Source of the DNA: Bdellovibrionota bacterium
GTDB taxonomy: Bacteria > Bdellovibrionota_C > UBA2361 > JAAYZI01
Assembly (NCBI GenBank): GCA_050950765.1
Contig: JBMNIF010000001.1
Coordinates: forward strand, 288,001-352,000
Length of the DNA: 64,000 bases
Direction: 5' to 3'
Part shown: in pieces, positions 9,348-19,769 of the stretch
Position numbering within the stretch: the first letter of the stretch is position 1
Layout of the letters: every line of letters begins with the position of its first letter
Made by a program: the position numbers and the translations under genes
The notes under the pieces: model-generated
The model's database searches: none
Told to the model about the DNA's origin: nothing
Seen by the model: only the letters and a program-made list of their open reading frames with translations

Positions 9348-11006
9348 ATGAGTTTTTTGTTGCAATATATGCCGTATTTGGAACAACACGCCCTGACGAT
9401 CTTGATCTGCATCCCTTTTGTTGGAGCGTTGCTCTTGTCACTTCCTTTTTTCTCAAAAGAACGGGATGCCATTACTGAAATGGTAGCGCTTCTTTTCAGT
9501 GTATTAGCCTTATCTTTTGCCTCAATGTTATTTGCGATCTCTCAATCCACTTCCGCAATGCAGTTTAAAGAGAGTGTGGCGTGGCTACCATCTTTCGGTG
9601 TTGAGTATAGTGTGGGAGCAGATGGGCTAAGCTTGGTGTTGGTGTTATTAACTACGGTCATAATGCCGTTGGTGATTATTTTCTCTACAACTATAAAAGA
9701 AAAGCGGAGGTGGTATTTAGTTTCAATGCTCTGTTTGGAAGGAGCGATATTGGGAGCGCTCGTTGCTTTGGATCTCTTTCTCTTCTATGTTTTTTGGGAG
9801 CTGATGTTGATACCGATGTATTTTATTATCGGTATTTGGGGAGGAGAAAAACGAATTCATGCTACCGTTAAATTTGTGTTGTTTACGATGTTCGGTAGTT
9901 TTTTAATGTTGATAGCGATCTTTTACTTGGTGTGGGTTTATTATCTGCAAGTCGGTAAGATGAGTTTTGCGCTGGCAGATCTGATGAATACGGTTCTAAC
10001 GACGAAGGAAGAGTTGTGGCTGTTTTTAGCATTTGCTTTGGCGTTTGGGATCAAGGTTCCGGTCTTTTTATTACATACATGGTTACCGGATGCGCACGTT
10101 GAAGCGCCGAGTGGTGGGTCGGTGGTGTTAGCTGCTATTTTATTGAAGTTGGGAGTGTATGGATTTTTTCGTTTTGCCTTTCCGTTATTTCCGAGAGCAG
10201 CCTTAGAGTGTGCACCGTACTTAGCGGTATTGGGTGTGGCTGGGATTGTGTATGGAGCGTTAGTAGCTTTTGCGCAAAGTGATATTAAGAAGATGATAGC
10301 ATACTCCTCTGTTTCTCATCTCGGGTATTGTGTTTTAGGCTTGGCCGCTTTAACCGTACTTTCTTTAGATGGTGTGATCTTTCAGATGTTGAGTCACGGT
10401 TTTATAACAGGGGCGTTGTTTTTCTTGGTTGGGATGCTTTATGAAAGACGGCACACACGCCAGATCTCTGAATATGGCGGATTAGCTGCTCAGATGCCTT
10501 TATTTGCAACATTTTTTATGGTGTTTACTTTAGGAGCGATTGCGTTACCCCTAACAAGTGGCTTTATCGGAGAGTTTTTAATCTTAGCTGGGAGTTTTCC
10601 TCGTTTTCAGTGTTTAACTACTTTGGCGTTGATCGGAGTTGTGATGGGAGCAGTTTATATGTTGACCCTTTATAAACGGCTCTGGTTTGGAAAATTAGAT
10701 TCACTTAAAAACGGGAAGTTATCTGATTTAAGCTCGAGGGAACTTTTATGTCTCACTCCGTTAGCGATCTTAGTTATTTTATTAGGGGTGTTTCCGCAAC
10801 CTATTGTTGATCTTGTTTCTCCAGTCAGTGAGTCTTTAATTGTAAAGATGAATGTTAGAAAAATGATTTTAAATAGTGCTGCTGATGAGAGTTTAAAATC
10901 GAAGGAAGCGATGGAAGATGCTTTTAGAATTCAAGCTTCAAACGCTGTGCTGATGAGTCTTGGGAAAGATTTAAAGCATGGTGATAGTAAAGGGGAGGCA
11001 CGTTAG
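9348..11006 (+). CDS. nuoM: NADH-quinone oxidoreductase subunit M
   Basis: FYVFWELMLIP, HTWLPDAHVEAP, AYSSVSHLG. Confidence 0.97.
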   Translation: MSFLLQYMPYLEQHALTILICIPFVGALLLSLPFFSKERDAITEMVALLFSVLALSFASMLFAISQSTSAMQFKESVAWLPSFGVEYSVGADGLSLVLVLLTTVIMPLVIIFSTTIKEKRRWYLVSMLCLEGAILGALVALDLFLFYVFWELMLIPMYFIIGIWGGEKRIHATVKFVLFTMFGSFLMLIAIFYLVWVYYLQVGKMSFALADLMNTVLTTKEELWLFLAFALAFGIKVPVFLLHTWLPDAHVEAPSGGSVVLAAILLKLGVYGFFRFAFPLFPRAALECAPYLAVLGVAGIVYGALVAFAQSDIKKMIAYSSVSHLGYCVLGLAALTVLSLDGVIFQMLSHGFITGALFFLVGMLYERRHTRQISEYGGLAAQMPLFATFFMVFTLGAIALPLTSGFIGEFLILAGSFPRFQCLTTLALIGVVMGAVYMLTLYKRLWFGKLDSLKNGKLSDLSSRELLCLTPLAILVILLGVFPQPIVDLVSPVSESLIVKMNVRKMILNSAADESLKSKEAMEDAFRIQASNAVLMSLGKDLKHGDSKGEAR

Positions 11007-11526
11007 TGTTGATGGAACAGGATTTATCTCGTTTGATACCGTTTGTAATTTGCGCCGTCGGCGGGCTTATGATGTTGATTATAAATAGTGTGTTAAAAGT
11101 GCTGTTGATGAGAGTTTAAAATCGAAGGAAGTGATGGAAGATGCTTTTAGAATTCAAGCTTCAAACGCGGTGCTGATGAGTCTTGGAAAAGATTTAAAGC
11201 ATGGTGATAGTAAAGGGGAGGCACGTTAGTGTTGATGGAACAGGATTTATCTCGTTTGATACCGTTTGTAATTTGCGCCGTCGGCGGGCTTATGATGTTG
11301 ATTATAAATAGTGTGTTAAAAGTGCTGCTGATGAGAGTTTAAAATCGAAGGAAGCGATGGAAGATACTTTTAGAATTCAAGCTTCAAACGCAGTGCTGAT
11401 GAGTCTTGGAAAAGATTTAAAGCATGGTGATAGTAAAGGGGAGGCACGTTAGTGTTGATGGAACAGGATTTATCTCGTTTGATACCGTTTGCAATTTGCG
11501 CCGTCGGCGGGCTTATGATGTTGATT
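10875..11526 (+). repeat. Tandem triplication of a 223-bp unit spanning the nuoM 3' end and nuoN 5' end
   Basis: Copies start at 10875, 11098 and 11321 (AGTGCTG..), joined by ATAAATAGTGTGTTAAA; a few substitutions differ between copies. Confidence 0.95.
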
Positions 11527-12858
11527 GTCGGTGTTTTTACAAAGGCTGCGTGGTTAAGACGTTTTACGGCGTTTACTGTGATCTTTGTGACGTTTGTAGC
11601 CGTGTTGTTACAAGCTGCTGTTCCCGCTATGGAGAGAGCTACTTTTTATGGAGTGCTTTTTATCGATAGTTGGTCGTATATTTTTCAAGCGCTACTACTT
11701 GTCGTAGCTGCACTTGTGATTCTTTTTTCGAGAGCGGATTATTATTTAGCAGATCATGAGGGGGAGTACTTTACACTATTAATTTTTGCCACATTAGGAG
11801 CGATGATCCTTGTTTCAGCTGCTGAGTTTGTGACGCTTTTTATTGGATTAGAGATGTTGTCTTTATCTCTCTATGCCTTGTGTGGGGGGAGGTTGTTAGA
11901 TAAAAGATCCATAGAAGGTGCGCTAAAGTATTTTCTGTTAGGATCTTTTAGTAGTGCTATTTTATTGTATGGTCTGGCGTTGTTGTATGGTTTAACGGGC
12001 ACGATGGAGTTCGTTAAAGTAAGTGAACTTTTACAAGACGAATCGATAACGTGGATCGCTTTTAGTTTAGTGATGTCAGGGCTCTTCTTTAAATTATCTT
12101 TGGTGCCGTTTCAATTCTGGACTGCTGATACTTATCAAGGTGCGCCGACTCCTATTACAGCTTTTATGGCAACTGCGGTTAAGATTGCAGCTATTGGAGT
12201 TGTTATGCGAGTTTTGTGGGTGCTTTTTAATGGTATGCCACTGGAAGCAGGTGCTTGGATCGGGATCGTTGCTGCGGCAACCCTTATTTTTGGTAATCTT
12301 GTGGCGCTTAGGCAAAGCGATGTTAAACGGATGTTGGCATATTCTGGAATCAGTCATGCTGGCTATTTGGCGTTAGCATTGTTAACACCTGAAAAGGTTG
12401 GATCGTCTGCCATAGTTTTTTATGTGGTGGCGTATAGTTTGGCAACACTCGGGGCTTTTGCGGTTGTGCAGCAAGTTGAAAAGCATAGCGGCACCTCTGA
12501 GATAAAAGCTTTTAATGCATTGGCAAAGTGCAGCCCTCTTTCTGCAGCAACGATGACGATATTTATGCTTTCTCTGGCGGGGTTACCGCCTGCCTTAGGA
12601 GGGTTGTTGGGGAAGTTTTTTATCTTTAATGGTGTTATCTCGGCGGGTTTTGTTAATCTTGCAGTGTTGGGAATAGTGTGTGCGGTTATCTCGTGTGGAT
12701 ATTATTTGCGTGTGGTGGTAGCGATGTATTTTAGGGAAACAGATGATTTGCAACGCGCGCCTTGTAAGATGCCATTCTCAATATCTGCGATCGTGCTTCT
12801 CCTAGCGCTTAGTATCGTCCTGATCGGAGTCGTCCCCGATCTCTTATTATTTTCTTAG
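11452..12858 (+). CDS. nuoN: NADH-quinone oxidoreductase subunit N
   Basis: EGALKYFLLG, FKLSLVPFQFWTADTYQGAP, KRMLAYSGISHAG. Confidence 0.96.
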   Translation: MLMEQDLSRLIPFAICAVGGLMMLIVGVFTKAAWLRRFTAFTVIFVTFVAVLLQAAVPAMERATFYGVLFIDSWSYIFQALLLVVAALVILFSRADYYLADHEGEYFTLLIFATLGAMILVSAAEFVTLFIGLEMLSLSLYALCGGRLLDKRSIEGALKYFLLGSFSSAILLYGLALLYGLTGTMEFVKVSELLQDESITWIAFSLVMSGLFFKLSLVPFQFWTADTYQGAPTPITAFMATAVKIAAIGVVMRVLWVLFNGMPLEAGAWIGIVAAATLIFGNLVALRQSDVKRMLAYSGISHAGYLALALLTPEKVGSSAIVFYVVAYSLATLGAFAVVQQVEKHSGTSEIKAFNALAKCSPLSAATMTIFMLSLAGLPPALGGLLGKFFIFNGVISAGFVNLAVLGIVCAVISCGYYLRVVVAMYFRETDDLQRAPCKMPFSISAIVLLLALSIVLIGVVPDLLLFS

Positions 12859-12886
12859 CAACTAATTTTCCTCTAGGGCTTGTCAC

Positions 12887-12968
12887 TGGTGCCACCCTTC
12901 AGGGACGACCGGACGGGCTGGAACTACAAAACGGATCGGCTAGGTCTTCACGGGGGTTAAAAGCTACC
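12887..12968 (-). repeat. Isolated inverted copy of the GGGTGGCACCA module-X repeat
   Basis: TGGTGCCACCCTTCAGGGACG..GCTAGGTCTTCACGGGGGTTAAAA is approximately the reverse complement of 39301-39390. Confidence 0.85.
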
Positions 12969-13196
12969 AACCTATTCTTTCTCTAACTTTTCTTCCCCCA
13001 CTGAAGGGCAGCATCAGAGCCGCGATTGAAGGGTAGTTTAAGATAAAGAAATCAAAGAAATTTGGAAGTTAGGGGAGGGTAAAGAAATTTAATAGTTATT
13101 TTTTGGTGGAAACGTTTATTAGGTTTTAAAAAAGCATTATAATTTTAGGAATTGCTTTAAGTAAAAAGCATTGTTGTGTTTATATGAGGTAATATT

Positions 13197-14503
13197 ATGA
13201 GTAATCCTGATCTTAATCCTAAATTGCGGGGGGGGGGGTAACTTCTGCTGCAGCTGGTCAAGGTAATCTAGCTTCTCTATGTGTTCCAAAAGTAAGTTTG
13301 CTTAGTCCAGACCACTCAAGAAATTTGAACGGAGACATATTAAAAGTAGTAGGTGCAAAGTTTCATAAAATAAGGGATTGGAAAGAATATGGTGACTACT
13401 TTCCAATCCTTTCCTCCATTAAAGAGCTACGTGAAATTGCTGGAATGACGGGAACTCCTCTCACTGAAGACCAAGAAAAAACGATAACAAAATTTGCGCT
13501 GGATGCGTTTGACGATCTACTACTAGCAGCAAAGAAATGTGTTGCTGTTGGTGAACTCTTCGAAGCTGGTACCTACATGTCAAATATATATGAGATCTCT
13601 GAAAAAACGGGAGTTTCTTTCACTCTAGAAGAGGAAGAAAAGATAGGAGAACTTGCACCGAAAGCCTTCAACGCTCTACTAGCAAAAGGAATGAGATTTG
13701 TTAAAGGAGGTGATTACTCTGGTGTTTACTCCACCGTGTTAAAGTTAAATAATATCATTAAAATGGTAGAAAATTCTTTTACTAAAGATGAGAAGCAAAA
13801 GTTAAAAGAAAAGGTGGAAGACCTTGCGTTAAAAGCGGTCGAAGGTCTACCGGCAAATGTAGAGGAATATGCTGGTCGCGGTAAATACGCTAGAATTAAT
13901 CTCAACATATCAAATGTACGCAAGCTTGTTGAAAGCGCAGGTCTTTCTCTTACTGACGACCACAAAAAAAGAATGGAACAACTTGCGCCGAGAGAGATCA
14001 AATATCTACTGATAGAAGCATCACAAGAGGCTACTGCTGGTAATTACCCTGTAGCTGCTTCCTGCATGTTAGATATATATGAGATTCTTGAAAAAGCAAA
14101 AGTTGAAAAAACAGAAGTTTCTTTAACTCGAGGAGAGGAAGAAAAGATAGGAAAACTTGCACCGAAGACAATCAAAGGTCTACTGGGGCCAGCATTGAAA
14201 CATGGTAATAGTGGTTATTCCATTGATTTTGATAGATACATGTCACTGGCACGTAAGCTTACTGAAAGGACAGGGATTATTTCCTTCACTACTACTATAG
14301 AAGAAATGGAAAAACTAGCGTGGACTAATGGTGTTGATGAAAATCTAAAATGGGTATTAAAATGGGGACAGTTTAATCCCTCTAAAGTTGCACGCTATGT
14401 ATTACAGGCACTTAAGGATGCTAAAAGAGCAGGAATGACATCTCTCACTGAAGAACAGAAAAGAATGTTAAGAGATATCCGAGAGATTCCTAGCAAAATA
14501 TAA
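13197..14503 (+). pseudogene. Helical-repeat orphan protein frameshifted at a G11 tract (phase-variable candidate or sequencing error)
   Basis: GAGGT SD and ATG 13197; G11 at 13228-13238 gives TAA at 13239; G9 or G12 fuses into the open frame ending 14503; ~54-aa repeats (G.SLT.EEE.KI..LAPK). Confidence 0.7.
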
Positions 14504-14867
14504 TCGCACTTAGTCTTAAAAAAACGCAGAAGCAACTAGCTAATACCCTTTAAGGGTGTGGAGCGGTTGCTTTGTAGTTTTACAACTTTGTTTAAGTGAA
14601 GAAGATTAACGGTGTTCTTGCCGGTCTTAACTTTGTTTTTCTTTAACTTGTGGGTGGTTCTAGTTTTTTAACCTCCGTGAAGATCTGGCTAATTCGTTCT
14701 GCAATCGATGCCCGCTCTGTCATCTCTGAAGGGTGGGCCAGAGCTACCCACAAAGTGATTATATCTGCTCTGCGCCCTGTGTTGACAGAGCATCAACACC
14801 ATTTTCTTTATAAAAATCATCAAAATCAAAAACCGCTGCTGCGAAATGGGTGGCACCCGCAGAAAAA

Positions 14868-14883
14868 CGGCAAGCAAGTTGCA
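14868..14883 (+). promoter_or_regulatory. Putative sigma54 -24/-12 promoter of the flagellar operon
   Basis: CGGCAAGCAAGTTGCA has exact GG-N10-GC spacing; lies upstream of 15051. Confidence 0.6.
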
Positions 14884-15050
14884 TTGTCCTATCAGTATGA
14901 ACCGTAACGAAGTTGAACTGCAAGTGTTATCAGTATGTTATGTGACTAAGAGGGTTGCAGTAGCGACAAAGTGCTGACTCTAAGCACCGTAGGTGTCGGT
15001 AATTTGACAGGTCTCGGGACGGGTTCCGTTAATGGAATAGGAGAGTGATT

Positions 15051-16247
15051 ATGGCTAGTTTAGAGACATTACAGTTAGTAGCAGATGTGCTTTTGGTTCT
15101 GTCACTATTTTATCTCTGTGCTAGATCTGCCAAGGTCTCGCCGATTTTACAATCAAGCAATTTGGAAGCTAGTCTGCGTCGGATGGTACAAGAAGCCGAT
15201 CTAGCAACCAGAGCCCTTCAAGAAAAACTGGTTCAACGTCAGACCCGCTTAGAAGAGCTATTACTTGACCTTGAAAGTGCAGAAAACAGACTTAATCGCG
15301 GTAAACAAAGTATAGATGAAACTCGTGCCGATCTGGAAAGCCGTTTCGTAAAAGCTCAACGCGCTATTCAAACTTTGCAAAATCAGATTGATTTAGCCTC
15401 TGATAAAAATAATGTAGAAGAGAAAACGCCGCTACAACAAAAAACTTTTAATACAGTAGAGGAAAATTTTTCAAATAACTTGTCAGATCTTGACCATTTA
15501 GAAATTCAAACCGCTGCAGAGAAAAGAGTTGCTCAACCCGATCATAACTACACTATGTACGGTAGAAAAAAGGTTATCACAACACCGTCTCAAGAAGCTT
15601 CTTTAGATAATCATACTCCTAAAAAGACAAGTGTGAGGAAAAATATTTACGGTGCAGTAATTGATGAAGGGAATACAAGGCAGGAAACATTGCAGTCGAG
15701 AGAGAAAAAATCTTTAGCAGAACAGATTGAAAAAGAAACCTATACACAGCCAACTTCTGCAGAGAACTCTACTCTTGCTACTCCTAAAAAGACAGGTGTA
15801 AGAAAAAATATTTACGGTGAAATAATCGATGAAGGGAATATAGCGCAGGAAACGTTGCAGTCGAGAGCAAAAAAACCTTTAGCGGAACAGATTGAAAAAG
15901 AAACCTATACACAGGCAACTTACAAACAAAATGCGACCGCTGCAAAAGTAAAGAATAGTTATGGTGGTGCTAATGAAGGATCTCAAAAGGGAGAAAAACC
16001 TACTTTAAAGAACGGCTATCAAAATACACAAGATATCCAACGTGTTTATGATAATGCAGAAGATCTTTTAAGAGATGGAAATAGCATGGAGGCTGTGGCT
16101 CAACTGACAGAATTACCCATAGCAGAGGTGAGGATGCTCGCCCAGATGCTTGAAAGGGTGCCTCAACAGATACGCACTACTACAAACGAAAGTGAGAGTC
16201 GCCTCGGAGTGTTGGATCCGATTCGTAGGCAATTACAAACTGTATAA
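15051..16247 (+). CDS. Membrane-anchored coiled-coil hypothetical protein leading the flg operon
   Basis: N-terminal TM, coiled coil, internal duplication, C-terminal small HTH-like segment (DUF2802-like by eye); AGGAGA SD. Confidence 0.75.
   Translation: MASLETLQLVADVLLVLSLFYLCARSAKVSPILQSSNLEASLRRMVQEADLATRALQEKLVQRQTRLEELLLDLESAENRLNRGKQSIDETRADLESRFVKAQRAIQTLQNQIDLASDKNNVEEKTPLQQKTFNTVEENFSNNLSDLDHLEIQTAAEKRVAQPDHNYTMYGRKKVITTPSQEASLDNHTPKKTSVRKNIYGAVIDEGNTRQETLQSREKKSLAEQIEKETYTQPTSAENSTLATPKKTGVRKNIYGEIIDEGNIAQETLQSRAKKPLAEQIEKETYTQATYKQNATAAKVKNSYGGANEGSQKGEKPTLKNGYQNTQDIQRVYDNAEDLLRDGNSMEAVAQLTELPIAEVRMLAQMLERVPQQIRTTTNESESRLGVLDPIRRQLQTV
15614..15914 (+). repeat. Intragenic direct repeat, 2 x ~136 bp, period 165 bp (55 aa)
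   Basis: TPKKT.VRKNIYG..IDEGN..QETLQSR.KK.LAEQIEKETYTQ occurs twice. Confidence 0.9.
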
Positions 16248-16259
16248 GGGGGAAAGATA

Positions 16260-17024
16260 ATGGATCGCGGAACATACGTAGCGGCATCAGGTGGTATCCT
16301 CCAATTTACGCGCTTAGATATCGCTAACAACAATTTGGCAAATATAAATACTCCTGGTTTTAAAAAGCAGGTGCTTATCAGCAAAGAGCGCACCTTTGAA
16401 GATACGTTAGCAAGTCAAGTTGCAACAGATGATCCCTTTGCAAAAGGTGATCATTTAAGAAGCCCTGGAGTGAGCGAGGTCGGAACTTATACAGATTTCT
16501 CTCAAGGGGCGATCAAAGAAACGGGAAATCCGTTTGATGTGGCGCTTAATAATCCGAACGATTTTTTTGTGATCGAGACGGAAGAAGGTTTGCAATATAC
16601 ACGTGCCGGTAATTTTACTCTAAACGCAGAGGGCGCACTCGTAACGAGTGATGGTTATGCTGTTCAGGGAGATGGGGGCGCTTTAGTTGCTAACGGCACA
16701 CACGCTGAAATTACAGCTGCAGGAGTCTTGATGGTTGATGGATCAAACGCCGGACGCTTGCAAGTTGCCCGTTTTGAAGACCCGCAGGTGCTGGAGCAAC
16801 AGGGCGGATGTCGTTTTAAATTACGAGATGGCGCAGAAGGTGGTGAAAGTGTGGATGCTGAATTAACACCGCAGGCACTCGAAATGTCAAACGTCTCAGC
16901 TGTTAGTACTATGATCGAAGTACTGACAACCAATAGAGGCTTCCAGCTTTATGAGAAAACAGCTCGTACTATTGATGAAATGAATAATATCGCAGTTCAA
17001 CAGATCGGACGACGGAGTATTTAA
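16260..17024 (+). CDS. flgF: Flagellar basal-body rod protein FlgF
   Basis: ANNNLANINTPGFK, YTRAGNF, LEMSNVS; precedes flgG. Confidence 0.9.
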   Translation: MDRGTYVAASGGILQFTRLDIANNNLANINTPGFKKQVLISKERTFEDTLASQVATDDPFAKGDHLRSPGVSEVGTYTDFSQGAIKETGNPFDVALNNPNDFFVIETEEGLQYTRAGNFTLNAEGALVTSDGYAVQGDGGALVANGTHAEITAAGVLMVDGSNAGRLQVARFEDPQVLEQQGGCRFKLRDGAEGGESVDAELTPQALEMSNVSAVSTMIEVLTTNRGFQLYEKTARTIDEMNNIAVQQIGRRSI

Positions 17025-17047
17025 CGCTTTAACTTAAAGGGGAAGAT

Positions 17048-17836
17048 ATGATTAGGTCTCTTTATACTTCTGCTACTGGGATGCGCGCCCAAGAAACAAA
17101 TATGGACGTGATATCTAATAATTTAGCTAATGTTAATACGACAGGGTATAAGCAGGTACGCGCTAATTTCCAAGATCTGATGTATCAATATCTTCTGGAA
17201 CCTGGTGCCGCAACATCAAGTAGCACCATCTCTCCTAGCGGTTTGCAGGTTGGTCTCGGTGTGCGAACTGTTGGAACTCAGAAAATTTTTACGCAAGGCG
17301 ATCTAAGTTCAACAGGTGGTCAATTGGATGTGGCTATTGAAGGTGACGGTTTTTTAGAAGTTGAAATGCCGGACGGTTCTCAAGCTTATACACGTTCCGG
17401 TAATTTGCAACTTGATGATACAGGACGCTTAGTTACAGCTGACGGCTATCCGATCTCTCCGACCATTACAATTCCACAAGATGCGACCTCTGTCACTATC
17501 GCACAAGACGGAACGGTATCTGTTGCAATTCCTGGTCAATCAGCCTCCAGCGAAGTTGGGCAGATAACAGGTGTGCGTTTCTTAAATAATGCCGGACTGA
17601 AATCTCTCGGTAAAAATCTTTATAAAGAGACGGATGCTTCAGGTAGCCCGACTAGCGGAAACTTTGGCGAAAACGGTTTAGGCAATCTTTCTCAAGGATT
17701 TTTGGAAAGTAGTAACGTTAGTATCGTAACGGAAGTTGTAAATATGATTACAGGACAACGTGCTTACGAAGCAGCCTCAAAGGGTATTACAGCAGCTGAT
17801 GATATGTTGAATACGGCGATCAGTATTAAGAGGTAA
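17048..17836 (+). CDS. flgG: Flagellar basal-body rod protein FlgG
   Basis: MIRSLYTSATGM, SNNLANVNTTGYK, FQDLMYQ, LESSNV. Confidence 0.96.
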   Translation: MIRSLYTSATGMRAQETNMDVISNNLANVNTTGYKQVRANFQDLMYQYLLEPGAATSSSTISPSGLQVGLGVRTVGTQKIFTQGDLSSTGGQLDVAIEGDGFLEVEMPDGSQAYTRSGNLQLDDTGRLVTADGYPISPTITIPQDATSVTIAQDGTVSVAIPGQSASSEVGQITGVRFLNNAGLKSLGKNLYKETDASGSPTSGNFGENGLGNLSQGFLESSNVSIVTEVVNMITGQRAYEAASKGITAADDMLNTAISIKR

Positions 17837-17838
17837 TT

Positions 17839-18813
17839 ATGAATAAAATAATTTTAGCCGGAGTATCATTTTTCTTCACTTTGATGTTGGCAAAAGTTGC
17901 AACAGCAGCACCGCTGAATCATAACATCCGTATCATAGGACGTGACAGCGCACACGTTACAACTACACAAGTTCGACTTGGTGATTTAGCGAACATCTCC
18001 TCAAAAGATATGACAGATGATGATGCGCTAATTGCACTGCAAAAGATAGTTATCGCAGATGCGCCAGCTCCTGGAGAAAAACTAACCCTCTCTGCTCAAG
18101 ACATCTTGGAGAAGTTGCGTCTTAACGGAGTAGATTTGCAGCAGGTTGGATATGCACTAAAACGGGTGATGGTTGTAGAGCGTGCTTCAAGAGTGCTTGC
18201 TGCTGCAGAGATAAGATCAGCCATAGAGGAATACTTAAAAAATTATAAAGATGAAGTTGTTCTTAAAGATATTCAATACAGAGAAAATATTAAGGTCGCT
18301 CCTGGCATTACGGAACTGAAAGTAGCAACATCTAGCAATCAAAAGATAGGGCAGATGGTCTTCAATATTGAGGCAGATGTTGTTGGTGCAGAACCCGTAA
18401 AGTTTAGCGTTAAGGGATCCGTTGATGAATGGCGTGAAGTGCCCGTAGCAGCACATCCACTAAAAAGAGGTTCCGTTATAGGAGATGATGATATCGTAAT
18501 GGCACGATTAAATGTGCAGTCATTACCTGATGATGTTGCTGTTAATAGCGAAAATTTAATCGGTTTATCAGCAGATAAGGGCATCTCCGTCGGAGAGGTC
18601 TTTAGACTTAATAAACTTTCATTGCCGCCTGTTATAGAGAAAGGATCCGCTGTGACCATTATCTATAAAAAAGGATCATTAACAGCTACTGCGACAGGTG
18701 TTGCTCTAGCAGATGCAGGAGCAGGTGAAAATATTAAGGTAAGAAATACTTCTTCTAAAAAAATCATTACGGGAAGTGTTATAGAAGCCGGTCTTGTAGG
18801 AGTTAATCAATGA
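17839..18813 (+). CDS. flgA: P-ring formation chaperone FlgA
   Basis: Signal peptide, SAF-like domain, GENIKVRNTSSKKII; operon position. Confidence 0.9.
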   Translation: MNKIILAGVSFFFTLMLAKVATAAPLNHNIRIIGRDSAHVTTTQVRLGDLANISSKDMTDDDALIALQKIVIADAPAPGEKLTLSAQDILEKLRLNGVDLQQVGYALKRVMVVERASRVLAAAEIRSAIEEYLKNYKDEVVLKDIQYRENIKVAPGITELKVATSSNQKIGQMVFNIEADVVGAEPVKFSVKGSVDEWREVPVAAHPLKRGSVIGDDDIVMARLNVQSLPDDVAVNSENLIGLSADKGISVGEVFRLNKLSLPPVIEKGSAVTIIYKKGSLTATATGVALADAGAGENIKVRNTSSKKIITGSVIEAGLVGVNQ

Positions 18814-19769
18814 ATAAAAAAGTTATCTACTCTCTTATTTTCTTAGGCATCTTTGGTGGATGTGCTTCTAAAACGGAGCATACACCACCGACCTTGCCGT
18901 CTTTAGCATATTCGCAGTGGGCGAAGGATCAGGAAGCTGGACAAGTTATCATGCGCCAAAATGAGATGAAGGTTGCGGAAGTAAGAGAAGCTTCCTTAAA
19001 CAGCGCAGCTCGTGCGCAACTTAGATTAGTTAATGATTCTCTTGAAAAAGATACTGCACCGCTAGCATTTAATGATACAGAAGATAGCGACTATATCACG
19101 AATGAAGGTATGAATCTTCCCTCTGATGTAGAAATGAGAGCAAGCACAACCTCCCAGACCAGACCGTATCGAGGACCTCTCAGCTTGGGTAATCCTGGAA
19201 TATCGTCATCACTTTGGCAAGAAAGTCAACGTGGTGCCGAGTTGTTACGTGATGATAGAGCGTGGCAACCACTGGATCTAATAACGATTATTGTAACGGA
19301 AAGTGCAGAAGGTGCTAAAGAAGGTGATACAGAGGTAAAAAGCAAGTCTTCTGTCGCGGCTAAAGTCGGAGAGTGGTTGGGGATTATTGATAGTATCAAG
19401 AAACGCAACTCGCAGATCTCTGATGATGATGGAACGTTAGTTTCTGCATCAACTCAAAATGATTATAAAGGTGAGGGAGAAACAACCAGAAAGGATACCT
19501 TAAAAGCGAAGATCTCTGCTATGGTGGTGGAAGTTTTGCCTGGAAATATTTTGAGAATTGAAGGCGAAAAGATTATTGCACTTAATCAGGAAGAGCAAAC
19601 GATCGCTATATCGGGTCTCGTGAGACCCAAAGATATAAACTCCGCTAATGAAGTTGATTCTTCTAAGATTGCTAATTTAAGGATCGATTACTACGGACGG
19701 GGCGTTGTATCTGAAGCGCAGTATGGTGGTTGGTTTACCCGTTTGATGAGGGTGTTATGGCCATTTTAA
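18810..19769 (+). CDS. flgH: Flagellar L-ring protein FlgH
   Basis: Lipobox-like FGGC, VLPGNILRIEGEK, SGLVRPKDI, C-terminal GWF..LWPF. Confidence 0.93.
   Translation: MNKKVIYSLIFLGIFGGCASKTEHTPPTLPSLAYSQWAKDQEAGQVIMRQNEMKVAEVREASLNSAARAQLRLVNDSLEKDTAPLAFNDTEDSDYITNEGMNLPSDVEMRASTTSQTRPYRGPLSLGNPGISSSLWQESQRGAELLRDDRAWQPLDLITIIVTESAEGAKEGDTEVKSKSSVAAKVGEWLGIIDSIKKRNSQISDDDGTLVSASTQNDYKGEGETTRKDTLKAKISAMVVEVLPGNILRIEGEKIIALNQEEQTIAISGLVRPKDINSANEVDSSKIANLRIDYYGRGVVSEAQYGGWFTRLMRVLWPF

Noticed and set aside
14650..14907. ORFs 14650-14907 (+) and 14689-14877 (-)
   Set aside because: No SD or motifs; they overlap the putative flagellar promoter region
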